From the IMG/VR virus record IMGVR_UViG_3300035698_006717, positions 41,410-105,409 of that record: a stretch of DNA of 64,000 nt; one strand, written 5' to 3'. The position numbers were made by a program, and so were the translations under genes. Numbering within the stretch: the stretch's first letter is position 1; the number at the start of each line of letters is the position of its first letter. This document shows, in pieces, positions 50,098 through 60,753 of the stretch. Below the pieces are notes generated by a model. The model searched no databases, was not told the origin of the DNA, and worked only from the letters and a program-made list of their open reading frames with translations. Origin of the DNA: a virus.

Positions 50098-51041
50098 TAC
50101 ATCTCCAAAATTTTGATTAGCTGTTTCATATTCTTTTCTCTGCTACCTATCTTTCTGCGTAATACATTATTTAGGTTCTCTACCTTATCATCTTGGAAGT
50201 CAATACCTTTAATAATCTTTGCAGCTCTTGATATATTATGATCATCATAAATATAGGCTGTATCACTATCTGCATAATCCTTCATCCCATTACGCGGGTG
50301 ATCTCCGCAAACAATTCTAGCTCCACATAGAGATGCTTCCATAGGAACATTATGTAAGCCTTCTAGTTCTGTTGGCGCAAACCATATATCACAAGATGAA
50401 TAAAGATTGCAAAGCTCCTCTCTAGAAGGATTAGATACAAAATCGCTTACCCATATTGGCAAGTTCTTTGGCCTCTTTGTACCAAATGACACATACTTAT
50501 ACTCTGGCCCTAATAAATTGTGTAATACTTTGAAGCTCTCCCATCCTTTACTTGCAAGTTTACTCCATAGACAACCAATTGTTATTCTTTCACTATCTCT
50601 ATTGCTGAGGTCTTCCCACCATTTGAAGTCTATGCCTTGATGGACTAAATGACATTTACCGCCGCAGATATCTTCTATGAATTCTTTTATCCAAATAGAA
50701 TTTGTAATCTTAATGGGAGTACTACTCTTGTAATATTTCATTATCTTATCTTCATCAAATCCTGGCACCCAAATCTCATGACCTCTTATGTACCAGAATT
50801 TCTTACCTATGCCTGATCTGACTGTAGGCTTAACAGATCTTATATCTGTAGCTATTACTACATCAACATCATTCGGCATTTTACGCTTTGGTTTATCGTG
50901 AGGAAACCAATTGAATTTATCATTATTTGTTACTAGGCTACAATCGTGGCCTAATTTCTTTATAGTCTGCTGACATCTTATTAATGTTCTACTTCCACCG
51001 TTATTGCCAAGACCACCGCTGCAGTTGAATGCGATCTTCAT
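50097..51041 (-). CDS. glycosyltransferase, GT4-like
   Basis: NNGGSR, SKGW, LY..CDIW, EGLHNVPMEA.LCG. Confidence 0.85.
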   Translation of the reverse strand: MKIAFNCSGGLGNNGGSRTLIRCQQTIKKLGHDCSLVTNNDKFNWFPHDKPKRKMPNDVDVVIATDIRSVKPTVRSGIGKKFWYIRGHEIWVPGFDEDKIMKYYKSSTPIKITNSIWIKEFIEDICGGKCHLVHQGIDFKWWEDLSNRDSERITIGCLWSKLASKGWESFKVLHNLLGPEYKYVSFGTKRPKNLPIWVSDFVSNPSREELCNLYSSCDIWFAPTELEGLHNVPMEASLCGARIVCGDHPRNGMKDYADSDTAYIYDDHNISRAAKIIKGIDFQDDKVENLNNVLRRKIGSREKNMKQLIKILEM

Positions 51042-51043
51042 GT

Positions 51044-51358
51044 CTAATCACTTTCTAAGTATTTCTCATGATTAGCATCATAGCAACTCTTGCAAATATT
51101 TTTCTCTTCCATATTCTTTCTAATACCGCATTGGACGCAAATCCCTTGAAGCTCTCTTTTTCTTTTCAGATACATTAAGCTCAAATAGGAGTTGTTATAT
51201 CTTTCAAAGCGGTCTTTTCTATCAAGTTGCCTGAATTTTGACCAATCAATAGATACTTTGGTTACTTCTGATCTTTCGCACAATGCGTCAAAGAATCTCT
51301 TCACTTTAGGATTAGTCCAAAATCCTGTCTTGTGTCTCTTTTTTTCTGGTACTGACAT
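51044..51358 (-). CDS. hypothetical protein with C-terminal zinc finger
   Basis: CVQCG...CKSC. Confidence 0.6.
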   Translation of the reverse strand: MSVPEKKRHKTGFWTNPKVKRFFDALCERSEVTKVSIDWSKFRQLDRKDRFERYNNSYLSLMYLKRKRELQGICVQCGIRKNMEEKNICKSCYDANHEKYLESD

Positions 51359-51415
51359 ATATCTTCCTTCGTTTAATAAATATAGTATTTGTCAACTACT
51401 TAGAATAGCAATACA

Positions 51416-52339
51416 TTAGAAAAGTTTTAACAGCTGAGAGTTGACTAGAGATGGTATTTGATACCCATGACACAACTTCCTCCATTTTGCTGGGTCTGGT
51501 TTATCTATTTGTTCTGAAATATACGGCAAATCTTCTCTTAATTTTACAACAGTACTGTTAAGTTTGATCAGATCTATGTTACTTTTTAACTGCTTGAATT
51601 CTTTTGAATCTTCTCCGCAATCTTCTCTTATACAGTTAATGTAGTTTGCTATAGTTCCGTCACATCGCAGATATGATCCAATAGTCTTCTTGAAAGGAAA
51701 TCTGTATACAGATTTCACAGTATCTCCAGAATCTCCTCTAATTATTTTATGTAGTAGGATATGTTTCCAACTACCACCATCAAACTTATCAGATACTGTT
51801 TCTTCAGTAGGCGATTCTCCATTATTTATAATAACTGTAAGGTTAGGAAATCTAGGTATTAATTGCCACATATCTTTATCGTTAGAGAATAAGTAAATTG
51901 TATCACCAGAATGTCTTGCAATATAAGAGGCTAGTACATCATCAGCCTCTTCGTTTTCGCAGTAAATCTTTTCATGAGGAATACAGTCTACAAATTGTCT
52001 ACAAATATCAATAGGGTTGTAATCAATATCTTTTTTAGGTCTGTCTTTATATATGATTGTCTTTGGAGCGTAATCCTTAAACACTCTCTGGTATTTTTCA
52101 TACAATTTCTTTTTTCTGGTAGGATACCTATCTTCACAGATTACAAGATTAGGGAGAGAGTGATCTTGTTTAACTCTTGTGTGAGAGAAGTTTAGAATTT
52201 TGATAAGCCCTATAACAACTCCTGTGTTGACTCCATCATCATTAATTAGATTTTCTTTCTCAGTAGCATGGTAATTACGCCACACTATGTTATTGAAGTC
52301 AATTAGGACGGTACACTTTTTAACATTTTTAAATCCCAT
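51416..52339 (-). CDS. 5'-3' exonuclease / RNase H (PolI N-terminal, FEN-like)
   Basis: LIDFNN, YK.RP, EADDV, SNDKDMWQL, GDSGD. Confidence 0.9.
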   Translation of the reverse strand: MGFKNVKKCTVLIDFNNIVWRNYHATEKENLINDDGVNTGVVIGLIKILNFSHTRVKQDHSLPNLVICEDRYPTRKKKLYEKYQRVFKDYAPKTIIYKDRPKKDIDYNPIDICRQFVDCIPHEKIYCENEEADDVLASYIARHSGDTIYLFSNDKDMWQLIPRFPNLTVIINNGESPTEETVSDKFDGGSWKHILLHKIIRGDSGDTVKSVYRFPFKKTIGSYLRCDGTIANYINCIREDCGEDSKEFKQLKSNIDLIKLNSTVVKLREDLPYISEQIDKPDPAKWRKLCHGYQIPSLVNSQLLKLF

Positions 52340-52594
52340 AGTAATCCCCTTTCGTAACTTAAAGATAATAAAAAAAGTCTTTGTTACCTAGGTTTTTTAA
52401 CGGTTGTATTTAATAACTATCATGAAGTATTTTTCTAGGGAGAGTGTTTTATATATATTAAGGTCACGCTTCCGAAAAACTCGTAAGAAAACCCTATAGG
52501 GGGTGTTTTGTCTATTATATAGTTTTTAGGGGGTAATAGGAAAGATTATAAGAAACATAATCTAAATAAAATTGGGGATTACTAAGGGGAAATT
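52340..52594. promoter_or_regulatory. divergent AT-rich intergenic region between the glycan/exonuclease operon and the packaging operon
   Basis: Strand switch; GGGGATTACT leader on both strands before the flanking starts. Confidence 0.55.
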
Positions 52595-52879
52595 GTGATA
52601 CCTTCAACGCAAGCAAATAAACAAGAAGAAGTAAAAGCTGAGGCAAAAGTAGCAGAAGATCCAAGTCAGGTTAAATGTACGGAATGTAGTAAGAAGTTGG
52701 TCAACAAGCCTCAAAAGAATACCATTAGTGATCACTCAATCTATATGATCAAGAAAAGGGAAGAAGATGTTTATGCTCCATATTGTTCACTTTGTTGTAG
52801 TGGAATGGAATATCGCAAGATTGGTCAAATAGAAACTTATGACACTTATCAAAAGAAACTGAAAGCAGGATTACTATGA
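52595..52879 (+). CDS. zinc-ribbon hypothetical protein
   Basis: CTEC...CSLC. Confidence 0.6.
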   Translation: MIPSTQANKQEEVKAEAKVAEDPSQVKCTECSKKLVNKPQKNTISDHSIYMIKKREEDVYAPYCSLCCSGMEYRKIGQIETYDTYQKKLKAGLL

Positions 52880-53199
52880 AGCCAATCCGAGAAGCATTTG
52901 ATATGGAAATAAAAGCAGGATACCTTAATTGGGAAAAATTAGATAATATGTTGCATGCTGCTCTCTTTACTGTTGACAATCAGTTTAAGACTGTGCGTGA
53001 TGATACAGGAGAGGTAAAAGAAATGAGGACTACCGATACCTTAGACTTCTTTGGTAAATGCATAACAGGTGTAAAGGCTTCCTACAGGGTGATCTCTCCT
53101 AGGTTTGCGAATGGTAAATTGATGTGTGCTGGAATACAGATAGGTATTGCTGATCTTGAAGGAAAGCCTTTCTACTCAAATCCTCCTGTGATGTTCTAA
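52876..53199 (+). CDS. hypothetical protein
   Basis: ATGA/TAATG coupling to neighbours. Confidence 0.65.
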   Translation: MKPIREAFDMEIKAGYLNWEKLDNMLHAALFTVDNQFKTVRDDTGEVKEMRTTDTLDFFGKCITGVKASYRVISPRFANGKLMCAGIQIGIADLEGKPFYSNPPVMF

Positions 53200-55130
53200 T
53201 GGCAGGATTATACAAGAAAGATAAGGTTGGTAATTTTAGAGAGATTAGAACTACACGTGCAGCTAAAGAAGCAGGTATAGATAATATTGGTGATTTTTAT
53301 ATGGATACCTACATGAAGGAAATGGAGGATCTGTGTAAGACTCCAGAAGAAGATTTGGTAGAAGATTCTAAGAATGATGAACAGAATGAACTTTACCCGA
53401 TAGGGTTCAAGCCATTTAATGATACTTGGAGATACGAGCCTGTTACATCAGAATACTTTGCAAGAGTTATGTTAGGGGAGACATTCACCCCTCTACAGCA
53501 AGAGACTATTGACGTAATATGTGGTAAAGATCCATTTCAGTTTACTGATGTCAATAAAGAAGAAGTTGATGATATGTGGGGGAAGAGAAGTGGTAAGGAC
53601 TCCACAATAGCAAAGGGCGTAGCTTACCAAGGGTATAAACTTGCCTGTATATTTAATCCTCAAGAATTTTTAGGTATGGGTTTGGGAAGTACTATTGATA
53701 TAGTTAATGTTGCTTCAACTTCAAACCAAGCTAAAAAGGTTTTCTTCAAGTACCTTACCTCTTTCATAAAATTAGCAAAAGACCCTGCAACAAAAAGAAG
53801 CTGGTTTGCCACTAGAAACTTTTGGTGGGATGTAGGTAAGCAGAAGTTTGTGTATATGGATTTGAGGCAAAAGGATGGTAACATAAAGCAGGACAATATA
53901 GATTTTGGCAGAGGAATTTGTTGCCACTCTCTAACGTCTGATAGGTTTACGGCAGAGGGCCTTAATATCATATTGGCAATAATGGATGAGATAGGAGCTA
54001 TGAGAGCTGAGAATGTATTTGGCTCTGATGAGAGAATGATTGGCCAGTATGACTCTCTTTCGGCTACGGTTAGAGCCACTTCTACTAATGGTATGGGAAA
54101 GATGCTTTGCATATCATATAAGTATGCTAGGAACTGTCCTATGTCACTTTTGGTTAAGCGGAATAAGTCTGATCCTAAAAAGTTTGTTAGGATATATTCT
54201 GTATATGATGTAAGAACAGATACTCCTGAGAAGCAGCTTCGGAGTTCTTTTGCATCAGAGTACACTAAAGATCCAGAAAAAGCTGCTATGATGTATGAGT
54301 GCAAAGATCCTAAGACTGATAAGGATAACCTGTACAGTAATATCTTCATCCTTAACTCTGCTATTGATAGGAAGAATAAATTTACAGTCAATCCGATTAG
54401 GGGTGGCATAGTAACTATTGATAACATATATGATGGAGCAGATAATTTATTAGAGAAATGGTTTGTAGGTGATGAAGATCAATTCTATACTGCACATCTT
54501 GACTTGGCTAAAGGGCAAGTTTGGAAGAAACACGATGCTGCCGCATTAGCATTAGGTCACTTGCAGGAAATGACTGTAACCTATGATGAGCTTTGGAAAA
54601 AGATATACCTAAGAGAATATGGTATAGATTTATCTGAGAATGAAGGACAGCTTAGAATGGGAGTTGTTATTGATTTAGTTATGCAGATTGTATGCAAACC
54701 TGAAGATCAAGAAGTAAGGTTATCTGATGTAAGGAAGTTGCTGATTGATTTACAGCATATAAGGAACTTCAATATATTTAAAGCTACAATTGATGGGTGG
54801 ATGTCAGTAGAGATGTTGCAAGAGCTTAACCATAGCGGGATTGAATCAGAGTTATTATCCATAGATAGGACTACTGCTGCACACCACACTCAGAAGGACT
54901 TTCTACAGCAGGGGTTGTACAAAACATATGATATGCCAATTTGGCATAGAGAGACTAGGGAACTGGTTGAGAAGAATAACAAGGTAGACCATCCAGAGTT
55001 ATCTACAGATAGATTTGAAGAGGAAGGCTATGAGCATGGTAGCAAGGATGTTACTGATTGCACAGCTGGTGTTTGTTATAATTTGAGTGATGAGATATCA
55101 TCTGAGGGTGGCAGTTTACTTCTAGGGTAA
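53199..55130 (+). CDS. terL: terminase large subunit
   Basis: Walker A GKRSGKD, Walker B IMDEI, nuclease HLDLA and VDHP...GSKDVTD; upstream of portal. Confidence 0.9.
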   Translation: MAGLYKKDKVGNFREIRTTRAAKEAGIDNIGDFYMDTYMKEMEDLCKTPEEDLVEDSKNDEQNELYPIGFKPFNDTWRYEPVTSEYFARVMLGETFTPLQQETIDVICGKDPFQFTDVNKEEVDDMWGKRSGKDSTIAKGVAYQGYKLACIFNPQEFLGMGLGSTIDIVNVASTSNQAKKVFFKYLTSFIKLAKDPATKRSWFATRNFWWDVGKQKFVYMDLRQKDGNIKQDNIDFGRGICCHSLTSDRFTAEGLNIILAIMDEIGAMRAENVFGSDERMIGQYDSLSATVRATSTNGMGKMLCISYKYARNCPMSLLVKRNKSDPKKFVRIYSVYDVRTDTPEKQLRSSFASEYTKDPEKAAMMYECKDPKTDKDNLYSNIFILNSAIDRKNKFTVNPIRGGIVTIDNIYDGADNLLEKWFVGDEDQFYTAHLDLAKGQVWKKHDAAALALGHLQEMTVTYDELWKKIYLREYGIDLSENEGQLRMGVVIDLVMQIVCKPEDQEVRLSDVRKLLIDLQHIRNFNIFKATIDGWMSVEMLQELNHSGIESELLSIDRTTAAHHTQKDFLQQGLYKTYDMPIWHRETRELVEKNNKVDHPELSTDRFEEEGYEHGSKDVTDCTAGVCYNLSDEISSEGGSLLLG

Positions 55131-55139
55131 AAAGAGGAT

Positions 55140-55664
55140 TTGATGCAAAAAAAAGAACACAAAGAGTATGAGAAATTAAAGATGGGTGAACTGAAAAACC
55201 CAAATGATACTAAGGTTTCTGGCGAATTGATGGAAGCAGATCTTTTTGAAACTAAACAGACTGCTCAGAAGATAGATGAAGAACGTAAGGCTGATCAGAA
55301 AAAAAGAAGTGGCGAACAAGAAAAGCAATTTAAGTCTGAACAGAAACGTAGAAAGCGTAAAGCGTTTCTCAATCCTTATAAGAAATTTTTCAAATCTATC
55401 ATATCTATGAATACATATGTAGGTATGATACAAAATTTTGAAGAATTAATCCTTGTGATATTTATTGATTCCTTAATGCTTTTTACTCTCGCTAGTTTAA
55501 GCTATATTATCTATATGATGTTTACATCTAAACCTGAAGATAATTTGCCTGTATTAATATTCAAGGCGTCTGCTGGAATAGTAGTGTCCACTATTTGCTT
55601 AGTTGCGCAAGCTAATATTCCTATAGCCAATAAACCTACCAAAATTATTGATGAAGAGGATTAA
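55140..55664 (+). CDS. membrane protein (two C-terminal TM segments)
   Basis: Hydrophobic LILVIFIDSLMLFTLASLSYIIYMMF and second segment. Confidence 0.65.
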   Translation: MMQKKEHKEYEKLKMGELKNPNDTKVSGELMEADLFETKQTAQKIDEERKADQKKRSGEQEKQFKSEQKRRKRKAFLNPYKKFFKSIISMNTYVGMIQNFEELILVIFIDSLMLFTLASLSYIIYMMFTSKPEDNLPVLIFKASAGIVVSTICLVAQANIPIANKPTKIIDEED

Positions 55665-55666
55665 TT

Positions 55667-57277
55667 ATGTTTGCTACTTCAAAAATGGCATTAGCAAAAA
55701 CTGTTAAGGGGAAATTGAAGAGTAGTGATTACTTCACTCAGAGTAGAGTATCTACTGCTCAAGTTGAAGAGGAGGAAGACTATAGAGTTGATAGAATGTT
55801 TATGACTGACGCTTATAGAGTCAACTCTTGGGTTAGGGCAATTGTAGATACTACAGCAGAGAGAGCTTCTCAGCCTGAGATATTCCCCATTCCTTTATCT
55901 ATTAAAATGGATACGCAAGAAAAAGACTACTCTGATGATATAAAGAGGAAGATGGAGAATGTACTTAACCTGATGATGAAACCTAATGATGACTATGAAA
56001 GTTTTTCATCATTACAGAAGAAAGTGCTACACGACATTTTAGTATATGATGATGGCGGAATGGAAATTGTTAGGGGTACTCTTGGAGATGGCAGTAAAGT
56101 GCCTTTTGCTCTTAGGAGTAATGTGAGTGGAGAGGAATTGTATGTTAATGCTAGAAAGAATGGCGTACTGAAATCTAAGGCTTATGTGCAGCTAAGAGAA
56201 GGTAATGAAAAAGCGTGGTGGTCAAAACACGACTTTATGAACTTCATAAAAAATAGGCGTTCTGGTTATGCAAACGGAACATCCCCTATTGAGTCAATTG
56301 CGGCTTCTATCTTAGGTGATATGGAAGCCATGAATTATAATATCCAGTTTTTTGAGAATAACGCTAGGCCTAATCTGGCATTCCTATTCCAGAATCTTGG
56401 TTTTGGTCAAGGCAAGGGAGCTTTGACAAGAGCTAAGAAGTGGTACTATGAAGAACATCTTGGTCAGCCTCACAAGCCTTTGTTTATGGGAACTAATAAG
56501 GGTGAGGTTGAGATACAGCAGCTAACTGTACCCAATAAGGATATGGAATTCTCAGAATGGCAGAGAATGCTTCTTTCTCGTATTATGGCAGTATATGGAA
56601 TGCAGCCGATGGTTATTGGAGCAATTAGCGGTTCTACTGGAATGCTAAATTCTGAGCTACAGGGAGAGCAGTACAAGAAGAATGCAATCATCCCTCTTGT
56701 GAAGTTATTCCTCAATACTATGAATCCTGTTCTTATTTGGGGCAATAATAATTTCAACTATGATGATATATTCCTTACATCTGCTAGGTTAGATATTGAT
56801 GATGAAGCCAAGCAAGCTGAGATTTGGGAGAAATTTCTTAGATCAGGAGTCATTACTATTAACCAAGTACGTGGAGAGCTTCAGATGCCTCCAGTAGATT
56901 GGGGTAATGAACCTTTTGTACCACTTAACTTTTCTCCCCTAAGTGTGCTTACTGAATTCCAACAGTCTCGTATTGAAGCCAATAGGCGTAATAGTATGAG
57001 TGCTGGAGTTGACAATAATGTTGGTGGAGAAGGCGCAGAACCTCCAAAGAAGAAGAAAGAAGATGAAGGTAAATCTCAGATCAAACATATGGTTGATAAT
57101 TTCGATACGCCTACTGGCTTAGAAAGAATTGACCCAACAATAATCAAAGACGTTGTTACTCAGATACTTAAAGAGAAGAATTCTGCTCCAGTATATTTTG
57201 ATACTGGTAATAAGAGTATCAGTGGTGTCGCTAAAAGATATGGATTAAAATGGAACAACATACTGAAGAAACGGTAA
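55667..57277 (+). CDS. portal protein (HK97 family)
   Basis: G.SPIE, FFEN.ARP, KDMEF, I.AVYG..P..IG, G.ITINQVR. Confidence 0.92.
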   Translation: MFATSKMALAKTVKGKLKSSDYFTQSRVSTAQVEEEEDYRVDRMFMTDAYRVNSWVRAIVDTTAERASQPEIFPIPLSIKMDTQEKDYSDDIKRKMENVLNLMMKPNDDYESFSSLQKKVLHDILVYDDGGMEIVRGTLGDGSKVPFALRSNVSGEELYVNARKNGVLKSKAYVQLREGNEKAWWSKHDFMNFIKNRRSGYANGTSPIESIAASILGDMEAMNYNIQFFENNARPNLAFLFQNLGFGQGKGALTRAKKWYYEEHLGQPHKPLFMGTNKGEVEIQQLTVPNKDMEFSEWQRMLLSRIMAVYGMQPMVIGAISGSTGMLNSELQGEQYKKNAIIPLVKLFLNTMNPVLIWGNNNFNYDDIFLTSARLDIDDEAKQAEIWEKFLRSGVITINQVRGELQMPPVDWGNEPFVPLNFSPLSVLTEFQQSRIEANRRNSMSAGVDNNVGGEGAEPPKKKKEDEGKSQIKHMVDNFDTPTGLERIDPTIIKDVVTQILKEKNSAPVYFDTGNKSISGVAKRYGLKWNNILKKR

Positions 57278-58941
57278 CATACCGTACCATTAGCGGAGCA
57301 AGGGCATCCAACTATGGATTTAAGGAAATAGATGGAGCGTTAATATTCTCACACTATCACCTATATAGCAAGGAAAATATTTGGAACAAATTTATTGCAG
57401 CTAATTTTAGGGATGTTGCTGATTGTCATTATCTTGCTTATAAGAATGACTGCGAATTATTGAGAACACGAAAGCGTAAGCTGAGTTCATTTATTAAGAG
57501 TATTTGGGATCAAGATGAAGATGTAGCTTTGATAATGATAAAAGCTATTGTGGCTATGAAAGATGAACCAGAACCTGAAATTATTGATAAGATACTTAGA
57601 GAAATTTTGCCTGGTATTGGTTTTTCAAAGATAAGGAAACCAGATGGTAAGTATTATTGGAAGATAAATGAAAGAAAAAAATTTGATGCAGGTATAGGGA
57701 AGGTACTTGTTTTAACGTATATTAATAACAGTTTTAATAAAGATAATACTTGGAAGTATATTAAGAAAAATTGCTACCTTAAAGATGGAACTTGGCACTA
57801 CAAGAGTAATATTGCTAAAAAGAGAATTGAAAGCATATTAAGTAATTACATCAAAAATGGAGGAATACTTGTGGAACACGTAAATATGGAATTTAACGCT
57901 TTTGTGCCGATGACTGTCGTGAGCAAAGATGCTTTGGGTAGAGATAGATTTTTTGGTAATGAAACTGACGATGAGAAGCATCTATTTGTTTCAGGTGCAG
58001 CTTCTACTACAGGAGTAGATTTTGATACAGAAAGAGTATCAAAGAATTTTATTAAGAAAATGAAAAAACAAGCAGTTGGCCTTCCTCTTAAAGTAGGTAG
58101 TCATTTCAACGCCGATCTAGATAGCACCGTTGGGGTAGTTGTAGATAAGGGCGGTAATGATGATACTTTTGAAGTAGAGGGAAGGCTCCAAGCTTTTGAT
58201 CATAACCCTAATGTTCTCAAGATTGCTCAGAAGATGGATGATGGTATTGCTTTTGGGTTCTCTATTTTCGGGAGAGTGACCAAGACCTTTCGGGAGATGG
58301 ACAAGAAATTGGGTAGGGAAGTAGTTGTTCTGGATGATGGAGATTTGTCTCACATCCTTATAACTGACCAACCTTGCAATAAAGAAACTTTTGCAGAAGG
58401 TATTGTTAAGTCTCTTGTTGATAAATCAGAAGGCGCAGGAAACGGAATCAACGGTTCCAAACCCCGCCAAGAAACTGAGTACAAACACTCCTCTGCCATC
58501 CTAAAGCAAGAGCCTGAGATTACAGCTGCTACAGAATTACCTGATCAGGCTTATCCTATTAACTTTGCTACCAATAAAGTACACAAGGAATATCCCCACC
58601 ACTATGTTAGTGATGGCATCTTATATTTACACAAAGCGTCTCTGGTAAGTTCTTTCAATACTGCAAAAGAGTCTAAGGCTCCTAGCATTGTTGTGAACCA
58701 CTTACTTAACCACTTACAGATTATCGGCCTCCAAAAAGAGGTTGATGATTTTGCTAATTTAAAGAATAGCATGGAAGAACTGGCAAGCGTGAAGGAAAAA
58801 ATTGATGCTTATCTTACAAAACTTGCAGACGACTGCAAAGCTAAAACAATTGGTGTAGAATCTAAAGAAGAAAAAATGAAGATCATTAATGAACTAATAT
58901 TGCAAGTGGCACCGAAAGTTACAGATCTTATTAATAGCTAA
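57250..58941 (+). CDS. prohead protease (HK97-type) with in-frame N-terminal extension
   Basis: VSGAAST..VD.D.E.V, H, FGFSIFG, I.ITD.PCN..TF; internal GGAGG-GTG start at 57871. Confidence 0.8.
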   Translation: MEQHTEETVTYRTISGARASNYGFKEIDGALIFSHYHLYSKENIWNKFIAANFRDVADCHYLAYKNDCELLRTRKRKLSSFIKSIWDQDEDVALIMIKAIVAMKDEPEPEIIDKILREILPGIGFSKIRKPDGKYYWKINERKKFDAGIGKVLVLTYINNSFNKDNTWKYIKKNCYLKDGTWHYKSNIAKKRIESILSNYIKNGGILVEHVNMEFNAFVPMTVVSKDALGRDRFFGNETDDEKHLFVSGAASTTGVDFDTERVSKNFIKKMKKQAVGLPLKVGSHFNADLDSTVGVVVDKGGNDDTFEVEGRLQAFDHNPNVLKIAQKMDDGIAFGFSIFGRVTKTFREMDKKLGREVVVLDDGDLSHILITDQPCNKETFAEGIVKSLVDKSEGAGNGINGSKPRQETEYKHSSAILKQEPEITAATELPDQAYPINFATNKVHKEYPHHYVSDGILYLHKASLVSSFNTAKESKAPSIVVNHLLNHLQIIGLQKEVDDFANLKNSMEELASVKEKIDAYLTKLADDCKAKTIGVESKEEKMKIINELILQVAPKVTDLINS

Positions 58942-58952
58942 GGAATTCCAAA

Positions 58953-59630
58953 ATGGATTTCAGTAATGAAGAAATTGCAAAAATGATGGAAGCTGGCGTT
59001 GCCAAGATTCTTGGTACCTCCGCACCTGAAGAGAAGAAGCCTGAAGAGAACCTTGCCGTAAAGGGCCTTGAGGCTAAAGTTGATGCTGTGATGGATTTCA
59101 TTTCTAAGAATGTTAAGGTTGAGAAACCTAAGACTGTTGAAGAGCAGTTTGAGGAAATGAAGAAGTCTATTCTTGATGCCGTTAAGGACACCAAGAAAGA
59201 AGATGTTGCTGATGAGGACAAGCCTCTTGAGAACATTACCGCTAAGTCTCTTAAGGAGATGGTTACTGGCGTTATCAAAGACGCTGTTGACACTAAGAAG
59301 ATTGTTAAATCAGATTCGCCCAAGGGCCAGTCTGCTGAAGAAGATGCAATTGATGAATTTATCGGTCTTGTTGCTAAGTCTGCTGGTGTAGAGATGGAAG
59401 CTGACGAGGTAGCTGATGAAGATGATGCTGATGATGCTGGTGAGAAGCCTGTTAAGAAGGTTGCAAAAGAGGCTAAGGATACAGTAGTCCAAACTGTAGA
59501 GCAGTTTGACGAACAGGGTACTGAAATTCCTATGGCCAAGCGTCAGAAGATGCAGGAACTTGATAATTACATTGGTGACAAACTGACTTTTGAATTTCAG
59601 AAGCGCGGTATTGTCCCAGGTGATAACTAG
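58953..59630 (+). CDS. capsid scaffold protein (putative)
   Basis: Acidic, helical, low-aromatic protein between protease and MCP. Confidence 0.65.
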   Translation: MDFSNEEIAKMMEAGVAKILGTSAPEEKKPEENLAVKGLEAKVDAVMDFISKNVKVEKPKTVEEQFEEMKKSILDAVKDTKKEDVADEDKPLENITAKSLKEMVTGVIKDAVDTKKIVKSDSPKGQSAEEDAIDEFIGLVAKSAGVEMEADEVADEDDADDAGEKPVKKVAKEAKDTVVQTVEQFDEQGTEIPMAKRQKMQELDNYIGDKLTFEFQKRGIVPGDN

Positions 59631-59712
59631 AAATACTGATGTTAATTGAATAGTATAGTTTAACACTCACCCACACGTAATACGATAACTTACAGTATTT
59701 TTGGAGCAAACT

Positions 59713-60720
59713 ATGAAAGTTAAGAATCTGAAGCAGCTTTCGCAGGCTCTCAAGAAGGCAGTGACAATTGGTAATCTACCGTTTGGCCGTGCGTCATCTG
59801 GTACAATTGCTCAGCCGTTCCTTCCTGATCCTCTTGCTGCTACATTTATTGATATTGTTACGGAGTATAATAATTTCCGTAAGGTTTTCAAGGTGCAGCC
59901 CATGAACAGTCGTGTTCGCACGATTCCTAAGCTGCTTACTGGTACTAAAGTCTATTACCAGCCTTCTGAAGCAACAGAAGGTCGGGAGACTTCCTTCAGC
60001 GCAAGTAACATTGAGCTGCTGGCTAAGAAGTTGTTTGCTTGGATAGAGATATCTGAGGAAACTTTTGAAGATGGTGTTCTTGACATGCGCTCAATGATCC
60101 GTATGCTTTTTGCACGCGGTATGGGCGAAGGTGAAGAAAAAGCATTCCTTACTGGTGACGTTGACCATGGTCAGACCACCGCTACGGAAGCTGATGGAAC
60201 AGATGATTATAATGGTGTATGGTTCAACCGTGATGCACGGCTGGCCTTTGATGGTATTCTCACTATCGGAATTGAATCTGGTGTGAACTATGATGTCAAC
60301 GGTAACTGCACTGTCGATGTATTCCGTCAAGGAATCTATCGGCTTGGTCGTTTTGGCCGTCAGCAGCCTAAGTTGATAACTTTCCTCAATCCGTTTTCGG
60401 CCAATCAGATGCTTGCAGATGATGACCTACGGACTGTTGACAAGTATGGCGCAAAAGCAACTATTCTCACAGGTGAGATTGGTGAGCTTTTTAATAAGTG
60501 GAAGATCATCCAGACAGACTACATCCCAGAAGGATACGGCGTATCCACTCATCGGGATAATGTCATTATTGGTGATCGTCGGCGTGTGAAGTTTGCGGAA
60601 GATGCTATCATCAAGAATGATAGTGTTGTGTGGGCAATCTCTGAGCGCGTTGCTATGGAAGTTGAATATGATGATGCAGTTCTGGTCTTTAACGGCCTGA
60701 CAACTGGTTCAGCTTCCTAA
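59713..60720 (+). CDS. major capsid protein (HK97 fold)
   Basis: LP..LA..FID, SE, I.L.AKK......ISEE..ED, EEKAFL.GD; GGAG RBS before ATG 59713. Confidence 0.92.
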   Translation: MKVKNLKQLSQALKKAVTIGNLPFGRASSGTIAQPFLPDPLAATFIDIVTEYNNFRKVFKVQPMNSRVRTIPKLLTGTKVYYQPSEATEGRETSFSASNIELLAKKLFAWIEISEETFEDGVLDMRSMIRMLFARGMGEGEEKAFLTGDVDHGQTTATEADGTDDYNGVWFNRDARLAFDGILTIGIESGVNYDVNGNCTVDVFRQGIYRLGRFGRQQPKLITFLNPFSANQMLADDDLRTVDKYGAKATILTGEIGELFNKWKIIQTDYIPEGYGVSTHRDNVIIGDRRRVKFAEDAIIKNDSVVWAISERVAMEVEYDDAVLVFNGLTTGSAS

Positions 60721-60753
60721 GAGTTGAAACGCTAATATGATATGAATTTATGT

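Noticed and set aside
34457-51041. Host chromosomal capsule/LPS locus at a prophage boundary
   Set aside because: No export or polymerase genes, composition and compact overlaps match the phage genes, and phage genes flank it on both sides without an att site or integrase
53660-59666. Long antisense ORFs (53660-54427, 58931-59539 and similar)
   Set aside because: Shadows of well-supported genes on the opposite strand
53199-60720. Introns or inteins in head and packaging genes
   Set aside because: Sizes are ordinary and no intein-terminal or homing endonuclease motifs were seen
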